This document shows positions 54,333 to 63,728 of a DNA stretch of 64,000 bases, in pieces. The notes beneath the pieces are model-generated. The model saw nothing but the letters and a program-made list of their open reading frames with translations, was not told the DNA's origin and did no database searches. The stretch's first letter is position 1; each line of letters starts with the position of its first letter. The DNA comes from an uncultured Phycisphaerales bacterium (GTDB lineage: Bacteria; Planctomycetota; Phycisphaerae; Tepidisphaerales; Tepidisphaeraceae): NCBI GenBank assembly GCA_963758525.1, contig CAVWVQ010000003.1, forward strand, positions 1,568,001 through 1,632,000, given 5' to 3'. The translations under genes were made by a program, and so were the position numbers.

Positions 54333-54550
54333 TTATCCGGGGCGAGCGGGAGCGGCCACGTGTGTCGCTCGCTTCTTCGTCGCCAGTGACATCAGAAACA
54401 GCTGGCGCATGCCGTTGTTCCTGATGTTCTCGGCCGCCAGACGCACGATGTCGGCGCGGACCGCGGCGGCTCGCTCCGGACTCTTTTGGTCCAGGCTCGA
54501 AAGCAGCTTCTGAACGGGCCCCAAGCGCTCTTCAAGGGCAACAAGTATGG
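54333..54550 (-). pseudogene. Possible 3' remnant of a SAM-dependent methyltransferase
   Basis: LEERLGPVQKL...RADIVRLAAEN...MRQLFLMSLATK resembles methyltransferase C-termini; no start or motif I. Confidence 0.35.
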
Positions 54551-54552
54551 CG

Positions 54553-55248
54553 TCATCCGACGAAGGTCTCCAAGAATTCCTGCGGGGACGTCTCGTCGCG
54601 TGAGTGCTTTGCCGTTTGGCGCTCGTTGAGCCAGTGCAGCCAACTGAAGATCCCCGAGCCGGTGAGCGTGGAGATTTCGTGCAGCGCCGCGCTGGGGTTG
54701 ATGCGCTCGACATCGGTGCGGAAGACGCGCGAATCGAACTTCACCAACGACCGCAGATCGGTCTTCGTCAGAATTACGCCGCTGACGCGCTCCAGCAGAG
54801 CGGAATACTCCATCGCCTTGTCGTCGCCGCCGCTGACAGAGAGAACTGCGACGGATGCGTCCTGACCCAGGTCGGGCAGGTCCATCAGACCACCAGCGCA
54901 TTCAATCAAGACCGTGTCGAATTTCGACAGGTCGATCTGCGCCAACACGCGCCAGATGGCCGCGGCCGTGGGAACCGGCGCATCTACATGCGCCACCATT
55001 CCCGCGGCTCCATGCAGCCGGTCGGCGTCGCGGTCCGCGGCGGGATTGACGACAATTACGGCCACGCGCGTTGGATGCGGCAGATGTTTGAGCGTTTCCA
55101 GAATCAGTTGCGTCTTTCCCGCACCGGGCGGGCCGATCAGACGCACTGCCAGAACGCGATGCCGCGCCAACGCCGTGCGGATCTGCGCCACTGGGGACAG
55201 ATGAAGCGTGAACCCCGGTTCGGAATTGCGAGTCGTAAATTCAGTCAT
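54553..55248 (-). CDS. Divergent HypB/UreG-like GTPase (copy 2), lacking the metal-binding CH/CP motifs
   Basis: GPPGAGKT, DADRL, PDLGQ, LSVSGGDDK..Y, TKTD, INP, G.G..W..WL. Confidence 0.8.
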   Translation of the reverse strand: MTEFTTRNSEPGFTLHLSPVAQIRTALARHRVLAVRLIGPPGAGKTQLILETLKHLPHPTRVAVIVVNPAADRDADRLHGAAGMVAHVDAPVPTAAAIWRVLAQIDLSKFDTVLIECAGGLMDLPDLGQDASVAVLSVSGGDDKAMEYSALLERVSGVILTKTDLRSLVKFDSRVFRTDVERINPSAALHEISTLTGSGIFSWLHWLNERQTAKHSRDETSPQEFLETFVG

Positions 55249-55271
55249 GGCATGCCTCCGTGAAAGCGGTT

Positions 55272-55961
55272 TCATTCCTGAAACCATTTGGTGAACGGTT
55301 GAAACAACGGCGGAGCCGACGGTGTCCGCTTCTTCAGCGGAGCGTGAAACTCCAGCCATTTCGATAACGTGTCAATTCCCTCGTTGCGACGGATTGAAGT
55401 GCGAATGACTTCGAGCCCGGGCTTCAAACGGGCGACATCATTGTTGAAGACGTCGAAATCGAACGTCACCAACTGCAGCAGGTCGCATTTTGTTAACACC
55501 AGCAGGTCGGACTCGCTCACCAGGAACGGGTACTCGACCGGCTTGTCGTGCCCGCCGGCGGCGCTGAAGACGCCGATGCGAAGATGATGCCCCAAATCGA
55601 ATTCGACCGGGCTGACGTTGTTCCCGTGACTCTCGATCAGCAGCAGGTCCAGTTGCGGCAGGTCGAGCTGCCCGAGGCTCTCGCCGACCAGTTCGGCGGT
55701 CAGGTTGTCGGTCTGGATCGGCACCGCCGGGATCCCATGCTGGGCGATTCGGGCGACTTGCCGATCCGCGCCCAGGTTTGCGATCATCACTGCCGCTCGC
55801 GTCTGAGGATCCCGACGCAGCAGCAGCGCCTCGATCAGGGACGTCTTCCCCGCCCCCGCGGGGCCAACCACGCTCGCGACGGTCACTCCCTGCGCCTCAA
55901 ATCGCTTCCGCAACATCTGTGCGGCCAGCCAATTCGATTTGAATTGACCCCGAATCGTCAT
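55272..55961 (-). CDS. Divergent HypB/UreG-like GTPase (copy 1), lacking the metal-binding Cys/His
   Basis: AGGAG RBS; GPAGAGKT, IESHGNNVSPVEFDLG (versus ENVGNLVCPA.FDLG), GHDKPVEYP, TKCD. Confidence 0.8.
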   Translation of the reverse strand: MTIRGQFKSNWLAAQMLRKRFEAQGVTVASVVGPAGAGKTSLIEALLLRRDPQTRAAVMIANLGADRQVARIAQHGIPAVPIQTDNLTAELVGESLGQLDLPQLDLLLIESHGNNVSPVEFDLGHHLRIGVFSAAGGHDKPVEYPFLVSESDLLVLTKCDLLQLVTFDFDVFNNDVARLKPGLEVIRTSIRRNEGIDTLSKWLEFHAPLKKRTPSAPPLFQPFTKWFQE

Positions 55962-56038
55962 AGTGCTCCTGCTTCGCGCTGAACGTAATATTGCCCCGCA
56001 AGGCTGTCGGTGCGAATCGGTGCATGCTGGGTACTCGG

Positions 56039-56053
56039 CGTAGGTAAAACCAC
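56039..56053. promoter_or_regulatory. Putative operator CGTAGGTAAAA(C/G)CAC, repeated at 59549-59563
   Basis: 14/15 identical copies in the two divergent intergenic regions around the two-component genes. Confidence 0.45.
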
Positions 56054-56119
56054 TCGGGACGGCTAGGGCGCTCTGCTGCCGCTGGACAGCACGGTCATTC
56101 ACCGTCATCATTTTTCGTT

Positions 56120-57286
56120 ATGGCACGTGCGGGCGGAGCGCGCAGCGGGCGCAAGAACATGACGGCCAGCAGGCAGCTCGCCGGCGCCCTGCACGAGAGC
56201 GAGGAGCGGCTTCACGCCATTGTCAATGCCGCCGCCGATGCGATCATCACCATCGACGAGCGCGGCATGATCGAATCGCTGAATCCCGCCGCGGAGCGGC
56301 TGTTCGGATATCGATCCAGCGAATTGCTCGAAACCAATATCCACCGCCTGATGCCAGAGCCGTTTCACCGCGAACATGACGGCTACCTCCGCAACTATCT
56401 CCGCACGGGCCGGGCGAAGATTATCGGGATCGGGCGCGAAGTGGCCGGATTGCGCAAGGACCAGACGACATTTCCGATGAACCTGTCGGTGAGCGAAGTG
56501 CGGGTGCGCGGCCGGCGCTTGTTCACCGGCATCGTGCACGACCTGACCGGCCGGCGCGCGCTCGAACGGCAAATCCTCGAGGCCGCCGCCAACGAGCAGC
56601 GCCGCATCGGGCAGGACCTGCACGACAGCTTGTGCCAGGATCTGGTCGGAATCGCCTTCGCCATTGATCACGCCCGGCGGGCGCTCTCCGGCGACGCGGC
56701 GGCGCCGAATAACGCACTGGCCGAGCTCTCCGACGCCGTCCGTGCCGCCGCGGGCCAGGCCCGCGACCTGGCCCGCGGGCTCAATCCCGTGAATCTCAAG
56801 TCCGGCCTCTGGAGCGCCCTGGACAGCCTGGCCGCGAGAGTCTCGCAGTCGTTCGCCGTCCAGTGCAGCTTCCGCTGGGACCGTGTCGCCAGTGTGCGAG
56901 ACGAAACTGCCGCCACGCATCTGTACCGCATCGCCCAGGAAGCGGTCGGCAACGCCGTCCGCCATGGCAAGGCCAAGCGAATAGAAATCACCCTCGCTGT
57001 GCGCGGCGGCACGCTCGTCCTGGCCGTCGCCGACAACGGAATCGGCGTCCCCAGGAGCGTCATCCAAGGCATCAAACAGGGCTTGGCTGTGACGCCGAAG
57101 CGCCCCGGCAACAAGCCTCCCGGCATCGGTCTGCAAACCATGCATTTCCGCGCCCGCGTGCTCGGCGGGGCTTTTGACGTGACGGCCCGCAAAGGAGGCG
57201 GTACCGTCATTACCTGCACGATCCGCCACGAACCGGCGCCCGCGCCCGTGCGGCGCGTCTCGGGAAGGACATCAGGCGGAAAGTGA
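56120..57286 (+). CDS. PAS-domain sensor histidine kinase (FixL-like PAS, NarX/HisKA_3-type kinase core)
   Basis: NPAAERLFGY, LMPEPFHREHDGYLRNYLRTG..IIGIGREV, EQRRIGQDLHD, YRIAQEA..NA.RH, DNGIG, GIGL. Confidence 0.92.
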   Translation: MARAGGARSGRKNMTASRQLAGALHESEERLHAIVNAAADAIITIDERGMIESLNPAAERLFGYRSSELLETNIHRLMPEPFHREHDGYLRNYLRTGRAKIIGIGREVAGLRKDQTTFPMNLSVSEVRVRGRRLFTGIVHDLTGRRALERQILEAAANEQRRIGQDLHDSLCQDLVGIAFAIDHARRALSGDAAAPNNALAELSDAVRAAAGQARDLARGLNPVNLKSGLWSALDSLAARVSQSFAVQCSFRWDRVASVRDETAATHLYRIAQEAVGNAVRHGKAKRIEITLAVRGGTLVLAVADNGIGVPRSVIQGIKQGLAVTPKRPGNKPPGIGLQTMHFRARVLGGAFDVTARKGGGTVITCTIRHEPAPAPVRRVSGRTSGGK

Positions 57287-57344
57287 GACGTTCCCCGATC
57301 GGACGCGTGCCGCGCATCGTCGCTGGGGGACTTTTGGGAGAGCC

Positions 57345-58018
57345 ATGGCAAAAACCACCAAACCCCCCGCAGCCGGCAAGAAGAGAATCTTTCTGGTTGA
57401 CGATCATCCGATCGTTCGCAAGGGGCTGGCACAGTTGATCGACAGCGAGCCGGACCTTTCCGTCATCGGACAGGGAGAGGACGCTTACAGTTGTGTTCGC
57501 GCGATCCGTGAGACCAAGCCGCACCTTGTTTTAGTGGATGTATCGTTAAAGAACAGCGACGGGATCGAGCTGGTCAAGGAACTCAAGGCGCAGTCGCCGG
57601 AGTTGGCGGTGTTGGTCGTGAGCATGCACGACGAATCGCTGTATGCCGAGCGGGCGCTGCGGGCGGGGGCGGGGGGATATGTGATGAAGCAGGAGCCGCC
57701 GGAGACGTTATTGTCGGCGATCCGCGCCGTGCTGGCGGACGAGGTGTATGTGAGCAGCAGGATGGGGGCAACGCTTTTGCAGCGAATGGTCGGTGCGAAG
57801 AGCGCCCTGCGCTGCCGATGGACCGGCTCACCGACCGCGAATTGGAGGTCTTCCGTATGATCGGCGCAGGCCACAGCGTCAAGGAGATCGCCGACAAGCT
57901 TTTTCTGAGCGCGAAAACGGTGGAAGCACATCGCGAGCACATCAAACAGAAGCTCGATATCCGCAGCAGCGCCGAGCTGCTGCGGTTTGCCATTCGCAAC
58001 ACGCCCGATGCGAAATAG
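57345..58018 (+). CDS. NarL/LuxR family response regulator (frameshift near 57805)
   Basis: LVDDHPIVR, VDVSL, SMH, GYVMK; LTDRELEVF...IA..L.LS.KTVE.HR. Confidence 0.9.
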
Positions 58019-58105
58019 CCTGGCGCGGCAAGAGTTCGCGGCGATATACGTCCACCGATTCTGCGGGATGTAGGTTTTTTGCGATCGGCCTGGCAAATCG
58101 GAACA

Positions 58106-58987
58106 TCACCGGCAGTTCGCGCAACTCCCCCCGCTCTTCGTGCTCGCCGGCCGGCTCGATTTTCGCGGACACGCAGCGCCGTGAGCACATTCATGGCATC
58201 GTTTCTTTTCTGAGCCGGCGGCAGGAGCGGGAGCGGAGGCGTTCGCCCCGGTCAGCGCGGCCTCGCGCAGGCGAATAACCGGGATCACCGCATCGATCAT
58301 TTCGTCAACCGACAGCTCCCCAGCATTGAGCGTCATTGTGAACTGCTCGGGTCTGATGACCTTGAGCTGCCAGAAGCGCCGGAAGAATTCGGCGCGGTGA
58401 ACGTCGGCTTCCTCAAGGCGGGCGGCCGCCTCGTGAAGCGAAATCTGCTCGCGTTCGGCGAAGTGTTTGATTCGATGCTCCAGGGGAGCAACCAATCGAA
58501 GATGGATCGCTCCGGGCATTGCCTCGGTGACAAACGTTCCCCCTTGCCCAACGATGATCGCATGCCCTCGCTCCGCCAAAGCACGAATCGCTTTGATCAC
58601 GCCCTTGTAGGCCCGCACCTCCGCAAGGTCCGGAGGCTGAGGATGGCTGGAGATGGCATCAAGCAGAGTCGTGAACCAGGAGCGGTGCCGGTCGGGAATC
58701 GTCTCAATCAGCCCCTGCGAAACGTTAGTCTCGGCGGCAACGCGCTCCACCAACTCGCGATCCCACGCGGACCAGTCGCCGGCGCCGTCAGCGTTTAGAC
58801 GCTCTGCCAGGCGGTGCGAAAAGGAAATTCCCCCAGCACCGGGTTGTCTGCTGACAGTGACAAACGCTCGCGGCACCGCCGGTGTTCCCAGCTGTGGGCC
58901 GCGAGTCCCTACATGCAGCGCCGCCTCCAGAACCTTGCTGGCGGCGTCGAGATGGGTTGCGGAGCCTGAACTGCTTGGCGTCGTCAT
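58106..58987 (-). CDS. Cytidylate kinase-like family protein
   Basis: VTVSRQPGAGG, WDRELVE, AIIVGQGG, HLRLVAPLEHR. Confidence 0.85.
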   Translation of the reverse strand: MTTPSSSGSATHLDAASKVLEAALHVGTRGPQLGTPAVPRAFVTVSRQPGAGGISFSHRLAERLNADGAGDWSAWDRELVERVAAETNVSQGLIETIPDRHRSWFTTLLDAISSHPQPPDLAEVRAYKGVIKAIRALAERGHAIIVGQGGTFVTEAMPGAIHLRLVAPLEHRIKHFAEREQISLHEAAARLEEADVHRAEFFRRFWQLKVIRPEQFTMTLNAGELSVDEMIDAVIPVIRLREAALTGANASAPAPAAGSEKKRCHECAHGAACPRKSSRPASTKSGGSCANCR

Positions 58988-59015
58988 GGCATTATCACTT
59001 TCTTGTCAAGCCGGA

Positions 59016-59471
59016 TCACCCGGCGGTTGAAGCTTTCATCTGCTTTCTGAGGTAACTGGCAACACGCATCGGCGACATGCGCGTCAGATCCTTTGGCAAT
59101 TCGTCAACGACGCGGCCCGCCGTCGCCGGGCCTAGATGGCTCCGGAGCAGACCGAGAAAATGTGCCGGCGCCACCAGCACCAGCTCGTCAAATCGTTCGC
59201 CCGCCGCTGCTTCGTCGAGAACGTCCGCCAACGCGCGGGCGAACTCCACGGCTTTTTGCTCGTGCGGATCGGTCCGCGGCTCCATCGCGGACATCACGTT
59301 GCCGCAGGATTTGTCCACGCGGCCCAGGCCGTCGCTGACCAGCTCGCTGGCGTGCTGCATTCCTTGCGGGTTGCGAAAAATCTGGATCAATTCCAACCGA
59401 TCCCTTCTTCCTGCCGCGCTCAGGAGACGCGCGCGTCCGGCGTCCGCGATCAACACCCATCGTTTTTCCAT
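59016..59471 (-). CDS. Host attachment protein family (baeRF1-like)
   Basis: WVLIADAGRAR, FA..LA..L, LVLVAPAHFLGLLR, KDLT. Confidence 0.85.
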   Translation of the reverse strand: MEKRWVLIADAGRARLLSAAGRRDRLELIQIFRNPQGMQHASELVSDGLGRVDKSCGNVMSAMEPRTDPHEQKAVEFARALADVLDEAAAGERFDELVLVAPAHFLGLLRSHLGPATAGRVVDELPKDLTRMSPMRVASYLRKQMKASTAG

Positions 59472-59666
59472 CGGCTGCTCCGGTTCGACTCTCCTTCATC
59501 ATGCGATACGAGCGGGCGGGCGGAAATCGGTTCATTTCCCCCCGCGTTCGTAGGTAAAAGCACCGATCCCCCATCGGAGCCAGGCTGCAATGCGGATCGA
59601 GCGCCAATCCGATTCCCCGCGACCCGCCCCCGGAGCGATGATGATTGTGGCTCTGCGAAAGGAACC

Positions 59667-59987
59667 ATGGGCCACCGACAACCCACCCTCACTCAACTGA
59701 AGCAAGCGTTGCGAACGAGCGTCTGCGCGAGTTGCCCATATCGCAGACGGTGCGTCAGAGGGGAAGGATTGCGTCGCGCGTGCGAGGTGGATTGCCCGCT
59801 GTTCGCGGCGCTTCCGGCGCTGGCGGAACGCGCCGAGCGGATCGATCCGATGGTCGGCCATCATGAGAACGTCCTGCGCGACACGATCTGCCAAATCATG
59901 GAAAAGACCGATGACGCCAGCGCAGCGCGGCTGCGCGGATGCCATCGTCAGGCCGCGAAGGTTCTGGCGCGTCTGTTGAATGTCTGA
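59667..59987 (+). CDS. Small Cys-rich hypothetical protein
   Basis: AAGGA RBS; VCASCPYR...CEVDCPLF. Confidence 0.6.
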   Translation: MGHRQPTLTQLKQALRTSVCASCPYRRRCVRGEGLRRACEVDCPLFAALPALAERAERIDPMVGHHENVLRDTICQIMEKTDDASAARLRGCHRQAAKVLARLLNV

Positions 59988-60006
59988 AAGCAAACGGAGG
60001 CATCAG

Positions 60007-61070
60007 ATGCCGTCTGCCACCATGAAGGCCAATGTTTTCCGGAGCGTCAATTCGATCGGGATTGAAGAAATGCGCCGTCCCGCGCGGGGGCCGGCAGCGC
60101 AATTATTCGAATTACGCTCACGACCATCTGCGGCACCGACCTGCATATTCTTCGCGGAGAGTATCCCGTGAAGCCCGGCCTCATCATCGGCCACGAGCCG
60201 GTGGGAGTGATCGAAGAGCTGGGCGAGGGCGTGACCGGGTACAAAGTGGGCGAGCGCGTGCTCGTCGGCGCCATCACGCCGTGCGGGCAATGCCTCGCCT
60301 GTCTGTCGGGGCATCTCTCGCAGTGCGGACACGGTGAGGGTTATGAAGCCATCGGCGGGTGGAGATTCGGCAATACCATCGACGGGTCGCAGGCCGAATA
60401 CCTCCTCGTTCCCAACGCGCAGGCCAACCTTGCCAGAATCCCCGACGATCTCACCGACGAACAAGTGGTGCTGTTGGCCGACATCGCGTCGACGGGATTT
60501 TCCGGCGCGGAATCGGGCGGAACGAAGCTGGGTGACGCGGTCGTTGTCTTTGCGCAGGGGCCCATCGGGTTGTGTGCAACGGCGGGCGCCAAGCTGATGG
60601 GCGCGTCACTGATTATCGGCGTGGACGCCGATGAGCACCGGCTTGAAATGGCCCGACAGATGGGAGCCGACATGGTTCTCAACCCGCGCATGCGACGTTG
60701 TTTCCGAGGTCCTGCGTTTGACGGGCGGCGTCGACGTCGCAATCGAAGCGCTCGGAACCCAGGAAACCTTTGAGAATTGCCTGCGTTGCCTGCGCCCGGC
60801 GGAACGCTGTCGAGCTTGGGCGTATACTCCGGCAAGCTCCACTTGCCTTATCAGGCGATTGCCGCCGGACTGGGCGATCATCGCATCGTCACGACGCTCT
60901 GCCCCGGCGGCAAGGAACGCATGCGCCGCTTGATGAATCTCGTGCGCTCCAGGCGTTTCGATCCCACGCCGCTGCTGACGCAGTCATTTTCACTGGGAGA
61001 GATCGTCAAGGCCTACGAGCTCTTCGGCAGCCGCCGCGACGGCGTCCTGAAGGTCGCCATCCGGCCATAG
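60007..61070 (+). CDS. Zn-dependent alcohol dehydrogenase (three frameshifts, likely sequencing errors)
   Basis: ICGTDLH, GHEPVG, CGQCLACLSG..C, GPIGLC, DVAIEALG. Confidence 0.88.
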
Positions 61071-61126
61071 CCATTATGCTCGATGCGATGCCAAGCGTAT
61101 ATATCGGTGGACGACCGCTGATCGAC

Positions 61127-61168
61127 TGCACTCGGCAGGAGTCGAACCTGTAATCCTCGGTTGCGAAG
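61127..61168 (-). other. 3' half of a tRNA (Arg-like): att site of an integrated element
   Basis: Minus strand CTTCGCAACCGAGGATTACAGGTTCGACTCCTGCCGAGTGCA has a T-arm and acceptor strand but no D-arm or 5' strand. Confidence 0.7.
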
Positions 61169-61259
61169 GTCGCTGGTTGAAGTGGATTTCTCAAGCTTTT
61201 GGTGACAATTCGGTGACAGATTTGGCGACTATTGTCCTCGGGCGCATCGCCATTCCGGG

Positions 61260-62167
61260 TTAATGGAGCAATTCGGTTTCCCTCAATAGCGTCAGGCAGT
61301 CACAATCCATAAAAGCACTGTAGGAACGGGTTCCGGTGATTCTGCTGCGGATGTCGAGAAGCTCGGGCGGTTTCATGTCTTGGCCGTTCCCACTACGAAC
61401 TTGTCTTTCAGACTTTCCCTTAGCTGCAAACGGTCCATGTTCAGCGGGTGATAGCCGAAACCGAGAAAAGCGACTTTTTCAGCCCGCCGCAGCGCCAATT
61501 GGGCCTTTAAGAATGGCTCCGATCTCGGTTCTGCCTCGTGGATGATCTGAATAGCTGCCGCGGCTCGCTTCGCGGTTTCCCCTCGCATGTCTCCCGTGAA
61601 GTCTCCGTAAGGGACAGCTTCCAGGTTGCCAAGCATCCCGTGAACGTGGTGGATTGGCGTTCCCTTCATTACTTCAATGACCTGGGGCTCGCTCTCCTTG
61701 TACCACGCCATAAGCTAGCGCTTCAGAAAATAGTCAAAGCAACGGTCGTAGTTGAAGGTAATGAAAGTGACTTCATTGACAGCAAATTCCTTGAGGTCGT
61801 GGCCTGCCATCTTCTTGAACAGATAGTGCATCCAGTTGACCGAACGATACTCAATTTTGAATGTGGCCTCTCGCTGCTCAAACGGAAGCAGGCAGAGTGC
61901 AATCATCAGCTTTCCGATGTCGAGGTGTTCTCGGTGGCTGGCCAGCAACTCGTCAATGGAATCATAATTTACTTCGTCGATCAGCTTTCTGAGTTCACCA
62001 TATTGCTTCTGGTCAATGTTCCCGGTGTTTGCGAGAATCTGAAAATCTCCGCGTTCGATTTTGAAGCATTCTCGCCGGATCAACGCCATTAACTTTGAGC
62101 CTGACGGGTAGCTGAAATCGCAGGACGAACCCGCGCCGAGAACAAACACGGTGTTATGCTTCAGCAT
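61260..62167 (-). pseudogene. SIR2-like/AbiH-like protein interrupted by an in-frame TAG (61715-61717) and a late frameshift
   Basis: VFVLGAGSS, ITFNYD, HVHG, FLGFGY motifs across two same-frame ORFs; C-terminal tail continues to TAA at about 61260. Confidence 0.75.
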
Positions 62168-62355
62168 GCCCGAATTCTATGGCCGCTCTGCGGGCACTTA
62201 CAGGGCAAATACTCTGGCAGGAAAAGGGGCAAGACGAGTACAAGGAAATTGTCGCGGATCTATCGACAGTACGGTTGCTACCGCTTATCGGCGCGCTCGA
62301 AGCAACACTCGCGGGCGGAGATGGCGTCGTCCTGTTCCAATGAAGCAGCCCCCCT

Positions 62356-63288
62356 TCACGCTGCTTTGCCACGGGGGATGTTAAAGATCGGCTCCCACCT
62401 GCCGACCAACGCACGGACGACGCCAAAGCGGTAATCGCTGTTTGAGCCGGGCATTTGTACATACTGCCAAGAAAGCCTTTGCGGATTAGGCTGCCACAAT
62501 TCCGGCTGAAACAGCGGCACTTCTGCTATCCGGCGCTGGTTCATAATGCTTTCCTCGATATCCTCCGTGCCTGCTACGAAAAGACACGTTTCCTGCTCAA
62601 AAAGTGTATAAACACCCATTTCTGATGGCAGTCCCACAGCGTCAAATTTGAGATGCTTGCTCCAGCGTAAATCATCGATGATTTTCGGCTTCAGCTTTGT
62701 ATTTGCACCTTTCTTCCGAGTGTTCAATGCGGCCCAACGGTATTCGAATGACGAGTAACCGGGCGTAATCGATGCAGCGAGCTTGTCGAATTCCGCAACG
62801 AGATTCGGGTGGGCTAAGGTCGTATCAACCGAGGCGCCGTACCGGTAATACATGGTTCTCGCTGCGACCTCACTGGCGACAGCATAGCGCCACTGATCCA
62901 AGACGACGGACCGCTTGGATTTCGCCTTGAGCTTATTGTGCTTCCGCAGGCCAATTAGCGCGACGTTCAGACGGAAAACCGTGTCGTCGAGGCCGAAATC
63001 CGCGCACGCTTTGACAAATTCCCGGTCAAGTTTCGGATCAGCCAGAACTCGGTCGGACGAGAATCCCTGTCGCACTTGCAAGAAGGCCCGAGTGACGGCC
63101 TTTTCATATTTTTTTGTCAGGTCATCCTGCGGATTGAGATCCTCGGTATACGGCTTACGACGTACTAATAGATTGGAAAGCGTGGCAGCTAGCTGGGCCG
63201 AACCGATTTGCCCATCATGGACGGCGACGCGATGTCCCAAGGTTGCGCCCATGCCGGCTGCGATTGCAAAATGATTGAGTTCGGCCAT
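62356..63288 (-). CDS. Hypothetical protein with a degenerate GIY-YIG-like C-terminal domain
   Basis: Two DxVLADP/DTTLAHP-type helical repeats; LPSEMGVYTLF....LFVAGTEDI...PIFN. Confidence 0.6.
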   Translation of the reverse strand: MAELNHFAIAAGMGATLGHRVAVHDGQIGSAQLAATLSNLLVRRKPYTEDLNPQDDLTKKYEKAVTRAFLQVRQGFSSDRVLADPKLDREFVKACADFGLDDTVFRLNVALIGLRKHNKLKAKSKRSVVLDQWRYAVASEVAARTMYYRYGASVDTTLAHPNLVAEFDKLAASITPGYSSFEYRWAALNTRKKGANTKLKPKIIDDLRWSKHLKFDAVGLPSEMGVYTLFEQETCLFVAGTEDIEESIMNQRRIAEVPLFQPELWQPNPQRLSWQYVQMPGSNSDYRFGVVRALVGRWEPIFNIPRGKAA

Positions 63289-63299
63289 GGCAGCAGTTC

Positions 63300-63698
63300 T
63301 CAGCCGAAATTCGAGAAGGTGTAGAACATTCCGTCAACGATCAGCGCCACCTCTCCCTGTTCCATTTCCTTGCCCAGCTTCTTGCAGAACGCACCGAGCT
63401 TTGCTTGCAGCTTCTTGTCGGATGCCTGTTCCTCAGTCATGTAGCAATGCAGAAGAATGGGGGAATCGGGCACTAAATTACCGCCATTTTCATCATCGCG
63501 CCAGATTCCCTCTGCTTTTGGCATCACAGTAGCGCCACCGTAGTTTTCGCCGAAAAACTTCAGGCTGTGGTCCTTCCATTCGTCCTGGTTAAGCAGCGGC
63601 TTTCCCACGCGATCAGCGCTTGGGATAAATAATATGGTGAGCACGCGTCGAGTGGCGGTCGCACCCGGTATCTTATGCCCTGTTTTGGTCACTGACAA
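63300..63698 (-). CDS. DUF3574-like small alpha/beta protein
   Basis: FFGENYGGATV..AEGIWRD...LGKEMEQGEVAL. Confidence 0.55.
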   Translation of the reverse strand: MSVTKTGHKIPGATATRRVLTILFIPSADRVGKPLLNQDEWKDHSLKFFGENYGGATVMPKAEGIWRDDENGGNLVPDSPILLHCYMTEEQASDKKLQAKLGAFCKKLGKEMEQGEVALIVDGMFYTFSNFG

Positions 63699-63728
63699 TC
63701 CCCTAACAAGTCAGGCGTATCCTCGTCA

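Noticed and set aside
54553..55961. Hydrogenase or urease maturation operon
   Set aside because: No hypA/C/D/E/F, hydrogenase or ure genes, and the metal ligands are absent
4343..61070. Programmed frameshifting or mass pseudogenisation of murA, asnB, pyk, tal, the LPS kinase, the response regulator and adh
   Set aside because: Scattered single-base indels in essential genes, often in G/C runs and with no common slippery motif, are best explained as long-read assembly errors
61127..61200. Functional tRNA gene
   Set aside because: Only the 3' half is present; no D-arm or 5' acceptor strand
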